A DNA stretch of 64,000 nt from a virus. The stretch is taken from the IMG/VR virus record IMGVR_UViG_3300032006_002011, positions 13,604-77,603 of that record. One strand, written 5' to 3'. The notes below the pieces were generated by a model. That model was not told the origin of the DNA, did not search any database, and saw only the letters and a program-made list of their open reading frames with translations. The translations under genes and the position numbers were made by a program. Below are positions 20,596 through 30,436 of the stretch, one piece after another; the stretch's first letter is position 1; the number at the start of each line of letters is the position of its first letter.

Positions 20596-21474
20596 TCATT
20601 TGTTATCTTTTTGTGAATCGTCTTTTTTGTCCGATTCTTTTTCTGTGGGCATATTACCAAGTGTACTTCCTGGTATATATTCCCTATCTCTTTTGTATCG
20701 TTTTCTTATAATATATTCTTCATATGCTTTCATTGAAGTTTCTTTCCAAGGCACATAATATGGACCTTTATTAAATCCTGCTGGGTCTAATTTATTCACC
20801 TTAACAAACTCTTCCCACTCATCTTCATTATCATACATAGGAGTTGACATAACATTATCATCTTCTTGTTTTTTTGGAGTCGGGGTCGGGGTCGGGGTTG
20901 GAGTCGGAGTCGGGGTTGGTGTTGGAGTCGGGGTCGGGGTTGGTGTTGGAGTCGGGGTTGGTGTCGGGGTTGGAGTCGGGGTTGGTGTTGGTGTTGGAGT
21001 CGGGGTTGGTGTTGGAGTCGGGGTTGGTGTCGGAGTCGGGGTTGGTGTCGGGGTTGGAGTTGAAAATTCCTCACACGCATCTGGTAATAACAATGTATCG
21101 TCTGTCCATTCTGTATCTTGATATGGAAACTCAACATCTTCGGCCATTCCCACTAGTTGCCACGGATGGGCATCTTCTCTGCTATGGTCCGTCTTGTGCC
21201 ACCCCATTGCCCAAAAGTTGTCAATTGATGTCCAGAAAATCCATCGTTCGTTTTCCATGCCGATATACTCATCGGAGCAGCTGCCTTCACATCGTTTTAC
21301 CCACGCAGGTTTTCCCTGCCACAACTCGGAATCAAGGTGATATTCCCCACTATATGCAAACGAGTCTTCGGTTTTTGAAACACATATAACAGAAGATGGT
21401 TGTGGAGTTGGGGTGGGTGTAAAGTCACTCTCCTCTTGATACCTATCAGCAAAGGGAAGATTGTCTATCCAATT
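20596..21474 (-). CDS. Pro-Thr-rich reading frame, probably the -1 frameshift extension of 21465..22565
   Basis: Frame open from 21495 to 20596 with no ATG/GTG/TTG before 21324; overlaps the upstream gene at an A10 run. Confidence 0.65.
   Translation of the reverse strand, partial: NWIDNLPFADRYQEESDFTPTPTPQPSSVICVSKTEDSFAYSGEYHLDSELWQGKPAWVKRCEGSCSDEYIGMENERWIFWTSIDNFWAMGWHKTDHSREDAHPWQLVGMAEDVEFPYQDTEWTDDTLLLPDACEEFSTPTPTPTPTPTPTPTPTPTPTPTPTPTPTPTPTPTPTPTPTPTPTPTPTPTPTPTPTPTPTPKKQEDDNVMSTPMYDNEDEWEEFVKVNKLDPAGFNKGPYYVPWKETSMKAYEEYIIRKRYKRDREYIPGSTLGNMPTEKESDKKDDSQKDNK
20875..21060 (-). repeat. (Thr-Pro)31 coding repeat
   Basis: 186 nt of ACN-CCN hexamers with 18-nt higher-order periodicity. 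Confidence 0.95.
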
Positions 21475-22565
21475 TTTTTTTTCGGGGTGTCTAATTCATC
21501 GTCACGGGTTAACTTTCCACCCGATATAATGTTGTATGCAAGAACAAGTGCAACCGCAAGTGGATCAAACACGATAACAATTACAATGATAAACCACTTA
21601 ACAACTTGGTCGATTGGAGTATTAAACGAATCAGCAATGAACTGAAAACTTCCTATGTCCGTATTTCTAATAGAGTCCTTTTCCTCAAGAATGCGTTGCT
21701 CGTTTTTTCTTAACTTCTCATAGTTTGCTTCAATTGCGGGTGTGTTATCTATCTTATTAGACTCATCTCGTAAACTATTTACCTTTCCCGTGAAGATCCC
21801 GTATTCTCTTTCAATTTCCGCGTCAATTGCGTTGATTTGTTCATTGTATAGGGCAACCGCGGATGTTTCTTCATCATCAATTTTTTTCATAGACTCTGCA
21901 ATGGATGCCCGTTCTGGTGCCTGAGCCTTTGCAAGTTCTTCAAGTTTCTTCTTCTTATTGGAGAACAAACCACCACTTGATGCTTCTAACTCACTTCTTG
22001 CCTTGTCAAGTATTGCAAGTCTATCCAATAGTTGTTGCCTTCGTGATTGACGGGTTTCGGAATCAGACTTGTGTCTATCTGACAGAGATGCTTGTCTTGC
22101 TCGTCTATCCTCAACAAAGTCATCATAAATTTTTTGGAATCCAGCAATGGTTTCCGTTGATTTGTTGTCAACTGTGTCCGATGATTGCTTGAGTGATTCC
22201 ATCTCACCTTTAATATGTTCGTTCTCTGCTTGTATTTGGACGATGTTATTGTTGTGCATTTCAACCTTTGCACGTGTATCGTCATACGCATCACTTAAAA
22301 ATCCATAAATACCAAGTGACGTTATCCCCACTAGGGTTATCACCGCAGTAGTTGAATATATTTTCAACATACGTGGAACTCGGTCCCAATATCGATATAG
22401 AAACGAAGTCATTACCAATTTTCCTGCTTCAAGGACACCTGCCATTATCATAGCGGCGATGGATGCTCCTGCAAATAATAAACTTATTCCCCAAACTGAA
22501 AAGAAGGCTGCCGTTCCCGCCACCGCAAGTGCCAAAAGGCCGACTATTGCCGTAAACATCTTCAT
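21465..22565 (-). CDS. Membrane protein: 3 N-terminal TM helices, long coiled coil, C-terminal TM (DUF4407-like architecture)
   Basis: Hydrophobic N-terminus with LEAGKLV, heptad-rich centre, IVIVFDPLAVALVLA. Confidence 0.75.
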   Translation of the reverse strand: MKMFTAIVGLLALAVAGTAAFFSVWGISLLFAGASIAAMIMAGVLEAGKLVMTSFLYRYWDRVPRMLKIYSTTAVITLVGITSLGIYGFLSDAYDDTRAKVEMHNNNIVQIQAENEHIKGEMESLKQSSDTVDNKSTETIAGFQKIYDDFVEDRRARQASLSDRHKSDSETRQSRRQQLLDRLAILDKARSELEASSGGLFSNKKKKLEELAKAQAPERASIAESMKKIDDEETSAVALYNEQINAIDAEIEREYGIFTGKVNSLRDESNKIDNTPAIEANYEKLRKNEQRILEEKDSIRNTDIGSFQFIADSFNTPIDQVVKWFIIVIVIVFDPLAVALVLAYNIISGGKLTRDDELDTPKKKIG

Positions 22566-22632
22566 AATAATATATATCCTCCCATTAGTTTATTTAATCC
22601 GTATCATCCTCATATAAATATAATATAATTAT

Positions 22633-22664
22633 AAAAAAACGGAGGTTTTTTTAAAACCCCCGTT
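22633..22664 (-). terminator. Intrinsic terminator after hsp20
   Basis: AACGGGGGTTTT / AAAACCTCCGTT hairpin followed by a T run on the minus strand. Confidence 0.75.
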
Positions 22665-22691
22665 CAAAACGAATTGTTTTAAGTTGTTATG

Positions 22692-23186
22692 TTAAAGGAT
22701 TTTTACCTTTTTTGATTTAGTCTCGATTACTTCCTTCTTGGGAATTGTAACATTGAGAATTCCGTTATCGAACTTTGCGGAAATATCTTCTACTTCAAGA
22801 GTAGAATCGTCTACCTTAAAAGAACGCTTAAACGAAGAACGTTTCAGTTCCTTATACACATACTTTACATTGGGTTCTTCAATCTCAGTTTTCTTTTCAC
22901 CTGAAATTGTAAGCAATCCGTCTTCGTATTCTACCGAGACATCTTCCTTGGTTAACCCCGCAATTTCTGCTTCAATAAGTATTGAGTCTGATGTATCTGC
23001 TACATTTACCCTTGGATACGAGCTATTTCCAAAAAAGTTTACTCCGAATTCTTGACCGAAGTTTGGAAATGCTTGATTTACTACCTTATCAAACAACGAG
23101 TCGAATGGTGTTAAAAATTCGTCTCGCAACGATGGAACGTGTTTATTAAGTCCTGTTCCGTTGGACTTATATCCGTATTTTTTCAT
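22692..23186 (-). CDS. Small heat-shock protein (Hsp20 / alpha-crystallin)
   Basis: YPRVNV...IEAEIAG...LTISGEK...SFKRSF...SAKFDNGILNVTIPK; start moved to ATG 23186 (AGGA RBS). Confidence 0.95.
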   Translation of the reverse strand: MKKYGYKSNGTGLNKHVPSLRDEFLTPFDSLFDKVVNQAFPNFGQEFGVNFFGNSSYPRVNVADTSDSILIEAEIAGLTKEDVSVEYEDGLLTISGEKKTEIEEPNVKYVYKELKRSSFKRSFKVDDSTLEVEDISAKFDNGILNVTIPKKEVIETKSKKVKIL

Positions 23187-23207
23187 GTTATTTTTCCTAT
23201 TTGAATT

Positions 23208-23257
23208 ACGAACCCCAAGTTGGGCATCCGCCGAACAACCTCGTTTGAGCATTGTTC
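23208..23257 (-). promoter_or_regulatory. Tandem hairpin element in the hsp20 5' leader
   Basis: GAACAA-TG-CTC-AAAC-GAG-G-TTGTTC and GCGGA-TG-CCCA-ACT-TGGG-G-TTCGT share the same UG/G internal loop. Confidence 0.55.
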
Positions 23258-23263
23258 TATATT

Positions 23264-23295
23264 ATAAATATACCACAAAATATTAAATTTGTCAA
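23264..23295 (-). promoter_or_regulatory. Sigma70-type promoter of hsp20, overlapping a TATATTTAT element
   Basis: TTGACA-N17-TATATT with an extended -10 TG. Confidence 0.7.
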
Positions 23296-23297
23296 AA

Positions 23298-23969
23298 TTA
23301 TGGGTCAAATTTCATAATATCGTCTTGTTGAGACTTCTCAACCAAGCAGGACATATGGTCTGCCCAATGAACTATTCTTGGTAGTTCGGTCTTCAATCCG
23401 ACCTCCTTTGAAAAGGCCTTTAGATATTGAATGTTTGAATCGTCATACATACCATCAGACAACTTGATTCCCAAAAATTCCTTTTCAGTCAAAGCAATTC
23501 CAAAGTGCTGAAGAAGAAACACCGACCTATCCGTAACGGACATCCAATGAATGTCTGGGTTTATATTATATAGTTTTCCTTGATTCTTTCTGTGCCACTC
23601 ACTATCATTATAGACATATTGTTCACCATCAAGAGTTCCTAACTTTCCCAAATCGTGATTAAGTGCAGAAAACATCATTTCGTCATCGGTAAAGTCTATT
23701 TTAGCACCCAAACTCTGCACAAGTACCTTAACCCCACGCACCGCACGGCAGACACCCATTACATGGTCTATATAACCCCCATCATACGCATTGTGAAATC
23801 TATCTATGCTTGATGCGGGTGATGTCAATGCTCGTAGTCCAAGGCATCCATCGTCCGTTCCATACATATGAAGGAGTTTTTCTTGTCGTTCTCCTTCAAA
23901 GGTGTCCTCAATAAATTTCAGAAAGTTTGTATAATTTGTTTCTAATTCTGCTTCTGTATAATTTTTCAT
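23298..23969 (-). CDS. HD-domain phosphohydrolase (YhaM/Cbf1-like)
   Basis: HNAYDGGYIDHV...ALNHDLGK...HWADH; start moved to ATG 23969. Confidence 0.85.
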   Translation of the reverse strand: MKNYTEAELETNYTNFLKFIEDTFEGERQEKLLHMYGTDDGCLGLRALTSPASSIDRFHNAYDGGYIDHVMGVCRAVRGVKVLVQSLGAKIDFTDDEMMFSALNHDLGKLGTLDGEQYVYNDSEWHRKNQGKLYNINPDIHWMSVTDRSVFLLQHFGIALTEKEFLGIKLSDGMYDDSNIQYLKAFSKEVGLKTELPRIVHWADHMSCLVEKSQQDDIMKFDP

Positions 23970-23975
23970 GGTACT

Positions 23976-24004
23976 ATAATATAACACCACAGGTAATTCG
24001 TCAA
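23976..24004 (-). promoter_or_regulatory. Sigma70-type promoter, predicted leaderless transcript
   Basis: TTGACG-N17-TATTAT-N6-ATG. Confidence 0.6.
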
Positions 24005-24735
24005 GTAAAATTAGTTCCCATATATTCGATTGAATGTTCCGAGTCAGTTGTTTGAATCATGGATTTTCTTGTATTGGAATACATTTTATAATTGTTGTCC
24101 ACGTGGGTTTGTGGTGGTCTTTCATGAAAAAGATGATATGCAGTAGTGTCCACGGACCCAACCCGTATATCGGTTGGTAATCTATTTTCAACAAAGTCCA
24201 AGTCTTGAAACCCCCATCCGATGAAGCGTTCGTCCATACCGCCCACCGACTCAAAAACCTCCCGTTTAACTATAAAGGAAAACTTACCCGTTTGGTTGTT
24301 TGCAGTATAATCACCTCCAATAGTTAGTTGACCTGTGGTGATTAGTTCGTCAGTTTCGTCATCAGTTAAAAACAACACCGATTCAAACGGACGAACCAGA
24401 TCATGTTCACACTCTTCCATATAATTGATTATCTCTTGATATTGAGTGAAGAAATCCGCATCTATCACCCACACATAGGCGGTGTTCACTAGACTAACCG
24501 AGTGGTTTATTAACGCAGATTTATGAATTTCATTCGCACCCTCAACCGATAAAGTGGTATACATCGCACCACATTCACTTACATACTCACCGACACTTAG
24601 ATCGCTAGTCTGCTCACATACCATAACATCACACTTAAGTTTCGTAATGTTTTTAAGGACAAACCTAAAATTTCTCAATCTTTGACCCGATAATCTGTAT
24701 ACGGGTATTATTATCGTGAGAGTTGTACTCTCCAT
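24001..24735 (-). CDS. Glycosyltransferase (GT2 with GT7-like C-terminus)
   Basis: IIIPVY, DAD motif, GGMDERFIGWGFQD, HLFH. Confidence 0.85.
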   Translation of the reverse strand: MESTTLTIIIPVYRLSGQRLRNFRFVLKNITKLKCDVMVCEQTSDLSVGEYVSECGAMYTTLSVEGANEIHKSALINHSVSLVNTAYVWVIDADFFTQYQEIINYMEECEHDLVRPFESVLFLTDDETDELITTGQLTIGGDYTANNQTGKFSFIVKREVFESVGGMDERFIGWGFQDLDFVENRLPTDIRVGSVDTTAYHLFHERPPQTHVDNNYKMYSNTRKSMIQTTDSEHSIEYMGTNFT

Positions 24736-24749
24736 ATTACATATCTAAA

Positions 24750-26849
24750 TTAACCACACGATTGTGGACACCCAACGGTGGTGTTGGATAATAGTCCCGC
24801 AGTACACAACTCCTGAATTGTGTAGTGAGTGCCTTCTATTGTTCCATTGAAGGTGACTGAAAGACAACATTCGGTTCTTGCCGTTCCATAATTTAGCGTC
24901 ACTTTGATGGTTTCCCCATTAAGGGTATCTTGTGCTCCGATTTCTGCAAGAACATATCTGGGATCGTAATCAAACTGATCCATTTCTTGACCCTCTACGT
25001 GCGGTCTTGCTTCATTTGAGTAAATAGTCATAAACGCAGGTTCGGTGCCTGCTTGGATTCCAGAATTGTAGCATATCTGAATATCCTCTCTTACGTTCTT
25101 CCATGACACCTCAAGTGCATCGGCAGGTGCTTGACCACCCGGCCAAACTATATTGGAGTCATCGGACATGGTGTATAATCTTGCACCATCTGCGTTATTA
25201 ATCAGAGTGGTGTCCGTTCCACCAAGAAGTGGTGTAATTGATACCGATGTACCTATGTTGCTTCGGATAATGGCCTTTCCTGATCCACAACACATCGCAT
25301 CACTACACAGATTTGGGAATGTCTGTTGCGATAGGTAACTTGCCCAGTGACCTTCTGGTAGTTCACCGGATACACCCTTAACTCTAAGGGTTACCATCTT
25401 CTCGGTGATTCCTCCACCTGCTTCGTTTACAGGGAATACCTCCACCGCCGAATCAACATTTCCATCTTGATCAAGGTCGGCGGGTAGTTTAAATGTTGTT
25501 GTTGCACTATCTGTCTGCGATGAATCTGCTTCACTTTCCCACTCCATCTCAACTGCAAGTGTTATTGGCATTGGAATTACGAAATCAACGGTGTCCTCGG
25601 TGGTAGTTCCTCCTACTCCCGCAACACTTGATATTTCAAACATAGCACCCTCATTAATCGTTAGATTCTCGTCTCCACCTGCAATATCGTTATGAATGTC
25701 ACTTTGTTGTTCCTCGGCGCAACGACCTTGAATTTCAAGTTTTGGAATTGAATAAATCGTATTGCTGGATGCCTTTGGTGTTACAATTCTTCCTGCTCCA
25801 ACGAAGTCAGTCGTGGGGCGGCCATCAACGGTGTCAGAAAATATTTCCACAAACAAACTACCCACACCATTGACACCCTTGCTTCCATACGATGAAGTAG
25901 TTCCAAATTCAGCAGACCCAGAAGTTACTTTAAACTCAAATTCATTCTCACGTTCTTCAGAACCACTTACATTTGCTTGTGGAAGACTCCTCAATTCACC
26001 TATATGCTTGCTCATGTGTGTTGGGCCACCACCCACCATTTGATTGTAGTGTAAGATGGCAACCAATGGGTTTCTGCTTGCAAGGTTTCCTATGTTTACA
26101 ACCTTAACATTCCACCCACCAGGAATCAATGTAAGTTCAATAATGTAATCTTCTGTTTCAATCTGACCCCCAGAGGAGGAACCTGTCATCGGTCTGTAGT
26201 GTGTTACAATCCCTTTATTTTTACCCGTGGCAAGTAGCATTGGTTTGCTTATGGCAGGTTCTGCAATCGATAAGTTGTGAGAAAACTTAACTTGATTAAC
26301 TGAACCCCTGTCATGTAGGAAATATGTCGTACCTGGTATCAGTGCGTTATTTACCAAGTCCACGTTTTTGAATTCAATTTCACCGAACATAACAATGGTG
26401 GCATCTGCCGTTGAGGATACACTTGTTCCGTCACATGAAGTTTCCACACTTTCAACTATTCCCATTGCCTCGGTTAAGTGTTCAAGATCATTGTTCGCGG
26501 CATTGTTGTCGTATGTTGCCCATGCGAGGGCATATTCTCCGTTGACATAATCATAACGAACGACATCCCCAACTTTTGGACAATCATACGATAATTTTGC
26601 AGGAAATGCAATTCGTCTCCCGTTAATTCCATGATTGGCCAGATGATCGTTTATTGCGTTGGAAACCGCATTTTTTAATGCCTGTTCCGTTTGGTTTGCA
26701 AGTAGTTCTGCTTCAACATTCAAAGAATCGGTTAAATTCTCCGTCTGTTCGTGCTTTACACGAACCGTGATTTCCGAACCACACGCACTTGCACCCGCAG
26801 CCCCACCTGTGCTTGAGCATCCTCTTAAATTGAAAGTAGAACCTGGCAT
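24750..26849 (-). CDS. Virion fibre/decoration-like structural protein
   Basis: 699 aa, Gly/Thr/Cys-rich; LIPGTTYFL...ISKPMLLATG module shared with 27314..29206. Confidence 0.55.
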   Translation of the reverse strand: MPGSTFNLRGCSSTGGAAGASACGSEITVRVKHEQTENLTDSLNVEAELLANQTEQALKNAVSNAINDHLANHGINGRRIAFPAKLSYDCPKVGDVVRYDYVNGEYALAWATYDNNAANNDLEHLTEAMGIVESVETSCDGTSVSSTADATIVMFGEIEFKNVDLVNNALIPGTTYFLHDRGSVNQVKFSHNLSIAEPAISKPMLLATGKNKGIVTHYRPMTGSSSGGQIETEDYIIELTLIPGGWNVKVVNIGNLASRNPLVAILHYNQMVGGGPTHMSKHIGELRSLPQANVSGSEERENEFEFKVTSGSAEFGTTSSYGSKGVNGVGSLFVEIFSDTVDGRPTTDFVGAGRIVTPKASSNTIYSIPKLEIQGRCAEEQQSDIHNDIAGGDENLTINEGAMFEISSVAGVGGTTTEDTVDFVIPMPITLAVEMEWESEADSSQTDSATTTFKLPADLDQDGNVDSAVEVFPVNEAGGGITEKMVTLRVKGVSGELPEGHWASYLSQQTFPNLCSDAMCCGSGKAIIRSNIGTSVSITPLLGGTDTTLINNADGARLYTMSDDSNIVWPGGQAPADALEVSWKNVREDIQICYNSGIQAGTEPAFMTIYSNEARPHVEGQEMDQFDYDPRYVLAEIGAQDTLNGETIKVTLNYGTARTECCLSVTFNGTIEGTHYTIQELCTAGLLSNTTVGCPQSCG

Positions 26850-26862
26850 CTTAAATATTTCC

Positions 26863-27312
26863 TTACTGATTTTCCTGTTGTGTTGGGTTTATGTGATCAG
26901 CTGGGTTTACTGATTTGGTTGGACTGGAGGTAAGCATCCATTGTTGCTCGGTTTCCCCCGTATAGCCACCAACCACCTTAACCGTAGATCTGCGGAATAT
27001 GTATATATTTTCAACAAGAATAACTCCGGTGGAGTCTTGTTTTATATAAGTTATAAACGCAGTATCGTCTTCTGCATTATATCCGAAAATGGCATCCCTT
27101 GGCCAAACCTTATGAAGAAAGCTCTGAAGTTGGCCTATTAAGTTAGCAAATTTAACATCATGTTCTGCCTTGGCAGCTGCGTTATCTGCTTCAGACAAAG
27201 CAGGATTACTAACATACTCCTTGTCAAGTGGTGTATATTCACTTGCATCTCCACGCGAATAGAACGTAAAGTGCTTATATCTCATGTTTCCTATGTCGTA
27301 CAATGAACCCAT
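26863..27312 (-). CDS. Hypothetical protein between fibre-like genes
   Basis: ATG 27312 lies just after the upstream stop; the longer track call overlaps the upstream gene. Confidence 0.65.
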   Translation of the reverse strand: MGSLYDIGNMRYKHFTFYSRGDASEYTPLDKEYVSNPALSEADNAAAKAEHDVKFANLIGQLQSFLHKVWPRDAIFGYNAEDDTAFITYIKQDSTGVILVENIYIFRRSTVKVVGGYTGETEQQWMLTSSPTKSVNPADHINPTQQENQ

Positions 27313-27313
27313 A

Positions 27314-29206
27314 TCATATTCCCTCACTTTCTGTGACCTCGGTCCAGTTTCCATAGACCCCCAAAGCACTGACATCCGCGGACAAGTACCACTTCTTTGT
27401 AACGAACTCTCCTGGGGCCTGAATAAATGTATCCGTACCACTCCACCCCGTGTGTGTTATATATGTGTAGTCATTTTCTTGGGCATGGGGAAGGGCCGAT
27501 TTTAAAAATTTATTAGCGGTTACATTATCATATGGTTGATCGGTGGTGGTTAAATTCGTAGTTTTGTTTGCGTCACCGCAAAAAGATGATGATGTTGGAT
27601 CTGGGTTGGTTGCATTACATTGGTCTATCGGTGATGGATATGCAGGTGAGTTGAGCAATAAAATTTGAGTATCACTGACTGCATAGAACACTGGTTTTTC
27701 ATAAACAGTTACCTTACCCGTAACGGAATCACGTTGAAACGGATTGTGTATCGTCACATTTCGGAATGGTGTTATACCAGTTGTTACATCTAACATATCC
27801 GTATCTGCCCACGTTGCACTTGTGGGATCTTGAAACGCATCCTCGTATTGCTGAGATGTATAATCATACACCGTATTTGACAACCTTGTCTGTGATGTCG
27901 ATGTAGTTTGACCCGACTCTGGTTCAAACGAATTCAAGTAGTATGTGTATCCTCGTTTAAAAATTGCATTTGGTCGGTTTTTCTTAACATCACTATTGAC
28001 GATACCATTTGGTTTTTCAAAATTTATCATACCCGATGTCTGAACTTGGAAATAGTCGGGGGTTGAAACAATTACAATGCCAAGTATATCGGTGTAGTAA
28101 GAACGGTCTTCATCGGGTATTGGGTTGGTATCATCTCCATATGCAGCTCTTGCGTTTGACATAATATAGTCTCCGTCAATAACCACATCAAGATATGAAG
28201 GTTTTGCACCCTCGTTTACCTCTTCAAACGGTGATGTCGGTGCAGTTCCAAAAGTTTTATCTGCATTTCTTCTAATTTTTCGTTTAAGACGGAGTATATC
28301 ACCGACCTTGACATTACTACAAGACGCATCAACCTCTATAATAAACTTATGAGGTTCTTCTCCACTCTCACATATCAACCCTCTGTAATTAACAAGAACC
28401 CCGGATGATTCCGAGGTAGCTACCAATACAGGTTTGGATACATGACTCAACGCGTCACTAAAAGAAGAGGCGGGATCGGTGCTTGAAAGTAGTCCGTCTA
28501 AATTATCCGTGTTGTCAGATGACAGAAAATAAGTGCGACCATCTGAAAGTGGTGTTGGTTGCGGGGTACCCTGTGACATGACGTCTTGGGTAACAGGTTG
28601 CACCGGACTTCCGTCAGGTGCTTCAAATTGTACATGACCCCCAAATGCAATATTAATATGAGTGATCTCAGAAGAATCATCTGACGGGTCTTGTCTTTTT
28701 ATTTTTCGGATTACTCCCACAACCTCCATTAGTGATTGGTCGATGATTGCATCGGTTTCCTCAGATTTATAAATTGATGATGCCCTTCGGTATTTGTTTC
28801 CATTTCTAGTTAAGATGTACCCAACTTTATATTGATCGTTGAGAGTGCTTCCCTCGGGGATATAAAAATTTGATATTCCATTGGAGTCAACTGCGGGGAT
28901 GGATAACTCGGACGCACCTGGAGAATCTGTAAAGGATACTCCGTCTTCTGATTCGTTTATTTGCAGGTAACCTCCACCCCAACCCGAATAATCGTTAGGT
29001 ACATCCGAGAGAGCAGGGAGACTAATACCTACATCTCCTTGATGAATTTCTGCAAGTTGAGACGCAAGTGTAGTTGCCTCAATAGCCATCGTTTCACCTG
29101 TTGATGAACCCGATATCCCCGAGGCGTCCGTATCCACTACTAGAAGTAAATCCGATTTGGATAACTTCTGCATCTTGTTTAAATCTGTTATTTTTTGGTT
29201 GGCCAT
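27314..29206 (-). CDS. Tail fibre / virion structural protein
   Basis: MANQKITDL N-terminus and LSDVPNDYSG..G.YLQIN motif typical of fibres; internal GRTYFLS...VSKPVLVA module with a looser second copy. Confidence 0.6.
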   Translation of the reverse strand: MANQKITDLNKMQKLSKSDLLLVVDTDASGISGSSTGETMAIEATTLASQLAEIHQGDVGISLPALSDVPNDYSGWGGGYLQINESEDGVSFTDSPGASELSIPAVDSNGISNFYIPEGSTLNDQYKVGYILTRNGNKYRRASSIYKSEETDAIIDQSLMEVVGVIRKIKRQDPSDDSSEITHINIAFGGHVQFEAPDGSPVQPVTQDVMSQGTPQPTPLSDGRTYFLSSDNTDNLDGLLSSTDPASSFSDALSHVSKPVLVATSESSGVLVNYRGLICESGEEPHKFIIEVDASCSNVKVGDILRLKRKIRRNADKTFGTAPTSPFEEVNEGAKPSYLDVVIDGDYIMSNARAAYGDDTNPIPDEDRSYYTDILGIVIVSTPDYFQVQTSGMINFEKPNGIVNSDVKKNRPNAIFKRGYTYYLNSFEPESGQTTSTSQTRLSNTVYDYTSQQYEDAFQDPTSATWADTDMLDVTTGITPFRNVTIHNPFQRDSVTGKVTVYEKPVFYAVSDTQILLLNSPAYPSPIDQCNATNPDPTSSSFCGDANKTTNLTTTDQPYDNVTANKFLKSALPHAQENDYTYITHTGWSGTDTFIQAPGEFVTKKWYLSADVSALGVYGNWTEVTESEGI

Positions 29207-29270
29207 ACCTTTAGTGCTAACAATATATATAATAAATATACATATATTTTTATATTTTCATAAATATTAT

Positions 29271-30014
29271 CTATCTTAAACTTTTTATCCTCTTGACTAT
29301 GAATTTTACTAGTTCTGAACGAATTATGTCATCTTCGTTAAATTCAAAGCTATAGATTCCTTTACTTTTTGATTCATCGTCAGAAAAAAGATTAATGATA
29401 TTCTTAAGTCCTCCTTTGTTTCCAATGTCACTTTGCATAACATCGCCGCATATGAAAACTTTAGTGTTTTCTCCGATACGAGTCATCGTAGTAATAAGTT
29501 CTTTTTCGGTCATATTTTGAGCTTCGTCAAGTATAACAAACTTATCATTCCAACTTGCACCACGGAGGAATCCAACGGGGATTCCGTATATTCTTTCCTC
29601 TTCCTGTAAGTATCTCACGTCAACTGCCGACAGGAATTCTTCTAGTTTATCTTTGAATGGTTCTAGGTAAGGAGCCATTTTGTCTTCTTGTGCTCCTGGG
29701 AGAAATCCTAATTTTGAATCGGAACTTTCAACTGCACTTCTAATATAAACAAGTTCACTCACTTTTGCATTACTAATTAATTCTAGACCACAATATACAC
29801 TTAAATAAGTTTTAGCACAACCGGCCGGACCTTGAATGAACATCATTTTTGTATCTTCATTTAAAGCTATATCAATGAATGCTTTTTGTTTGTCTGTGAA
29901 CGGTTTGTGCTTTATTTGCAATTTCCGAGCCAACTGGTTGCTTCTCATGTTATCTTGTAGATGGCAATCGTGAATTAAGTTTTTCGTAACCGTTTTTGAT
30001 TTCTTGCTTGACAT
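29271..30014 (-). CDS. phoH: PhoH-family ATPase
   Basis: GPAGCAKT, LGFLPG, FLRG, DEAQN, TRIGE, GDVMQSD. Confidence 0.95.
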   Translation of the reverse strand: MSSKKSKTVTKNLIHDCHLQDNMRSNQLARKLQIKHKPFTDKQKAFIDIALNEDTKMMFIQGPAGCAKTYLSVYCGLELISNAKVSELVYIRSAVESSDSKLGFLPGAQEDKMAPYLEPFKDKLEEFLSAVDVRYLQEEERIYGIPVGFLRGASWNDKFVILDEAQNMTEKELITTMTRIGENTKVFICGDVMQSDIGNKGGLKNIINLFSDDESKSKGIYSFEFNEDDIIRSELVKFIVKRIKSLR

Positions 30015-30055
30015 GATGCTTTTCCTGTTTATTATGACGTGAGTCCGATGTTCTG

Positions 30056-30388
30056 TTAGTCTTGTTCAGCTTCTCCGTCTTTATTATTCATATTTTCTAT
30101 TTTATTTATAATGTCTTTTATACTAGCGCAACTTTCATATTCTTCTAGTTCTATATAATAGTCTAGCAGATTTTGTAAGTTTGCTATATAACTTTCTGAT
30201 TTGACAACCACTTCAAGATTTGTATTCTTAAATCTAAAAAGAGTTATTTTCTCAGGTGCGTTTTTTATAAAATCAATGGATTCAAAGGTTTCAAGGATAT
30301 GATTCATATAATTTGGTTTACGAGATTTTATATCCGCATCAAGTGATTCGTTGTCCTTGGGTATAACAAAAATGTCCTCATTCATCAT
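30056..30388 (-). CDS. Hypothetical protein with a C-terminal UVR-like helical motif
   Basis: LLDYYIELEEYESCASIKD. Confidence 0.6.
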   Translation of the reverse strand: MMNEDIFVIPKDNESLDADIKSRKPNYMNHILETFESIDFIKNAPEKITLFRFKNTNLEVVVKSESYIANLQNLLDYYIELEEYESCASIKDIINKIENMNNKDGEAEQD

Positions 30389-30436
30389 ATATAAGTATTT
30401 GAGTTTCTTCAATTTCACGAAAGGTTATTAAATCAA

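Noticed and set aside
20796-21389. Repetitive ORFs (QPRLQH, WSRG, ESGLVL) and a possible CRISPR-like array
   Set aside because: Alternative frames of the (TP)31 coding repeat; there are no unique spacers
27313-27441. Long overlap of two minus-strand ORFs as a second frameshift
   Set aside because: A good ATG at 27312 follows the upstream stop and no slippery run is evident
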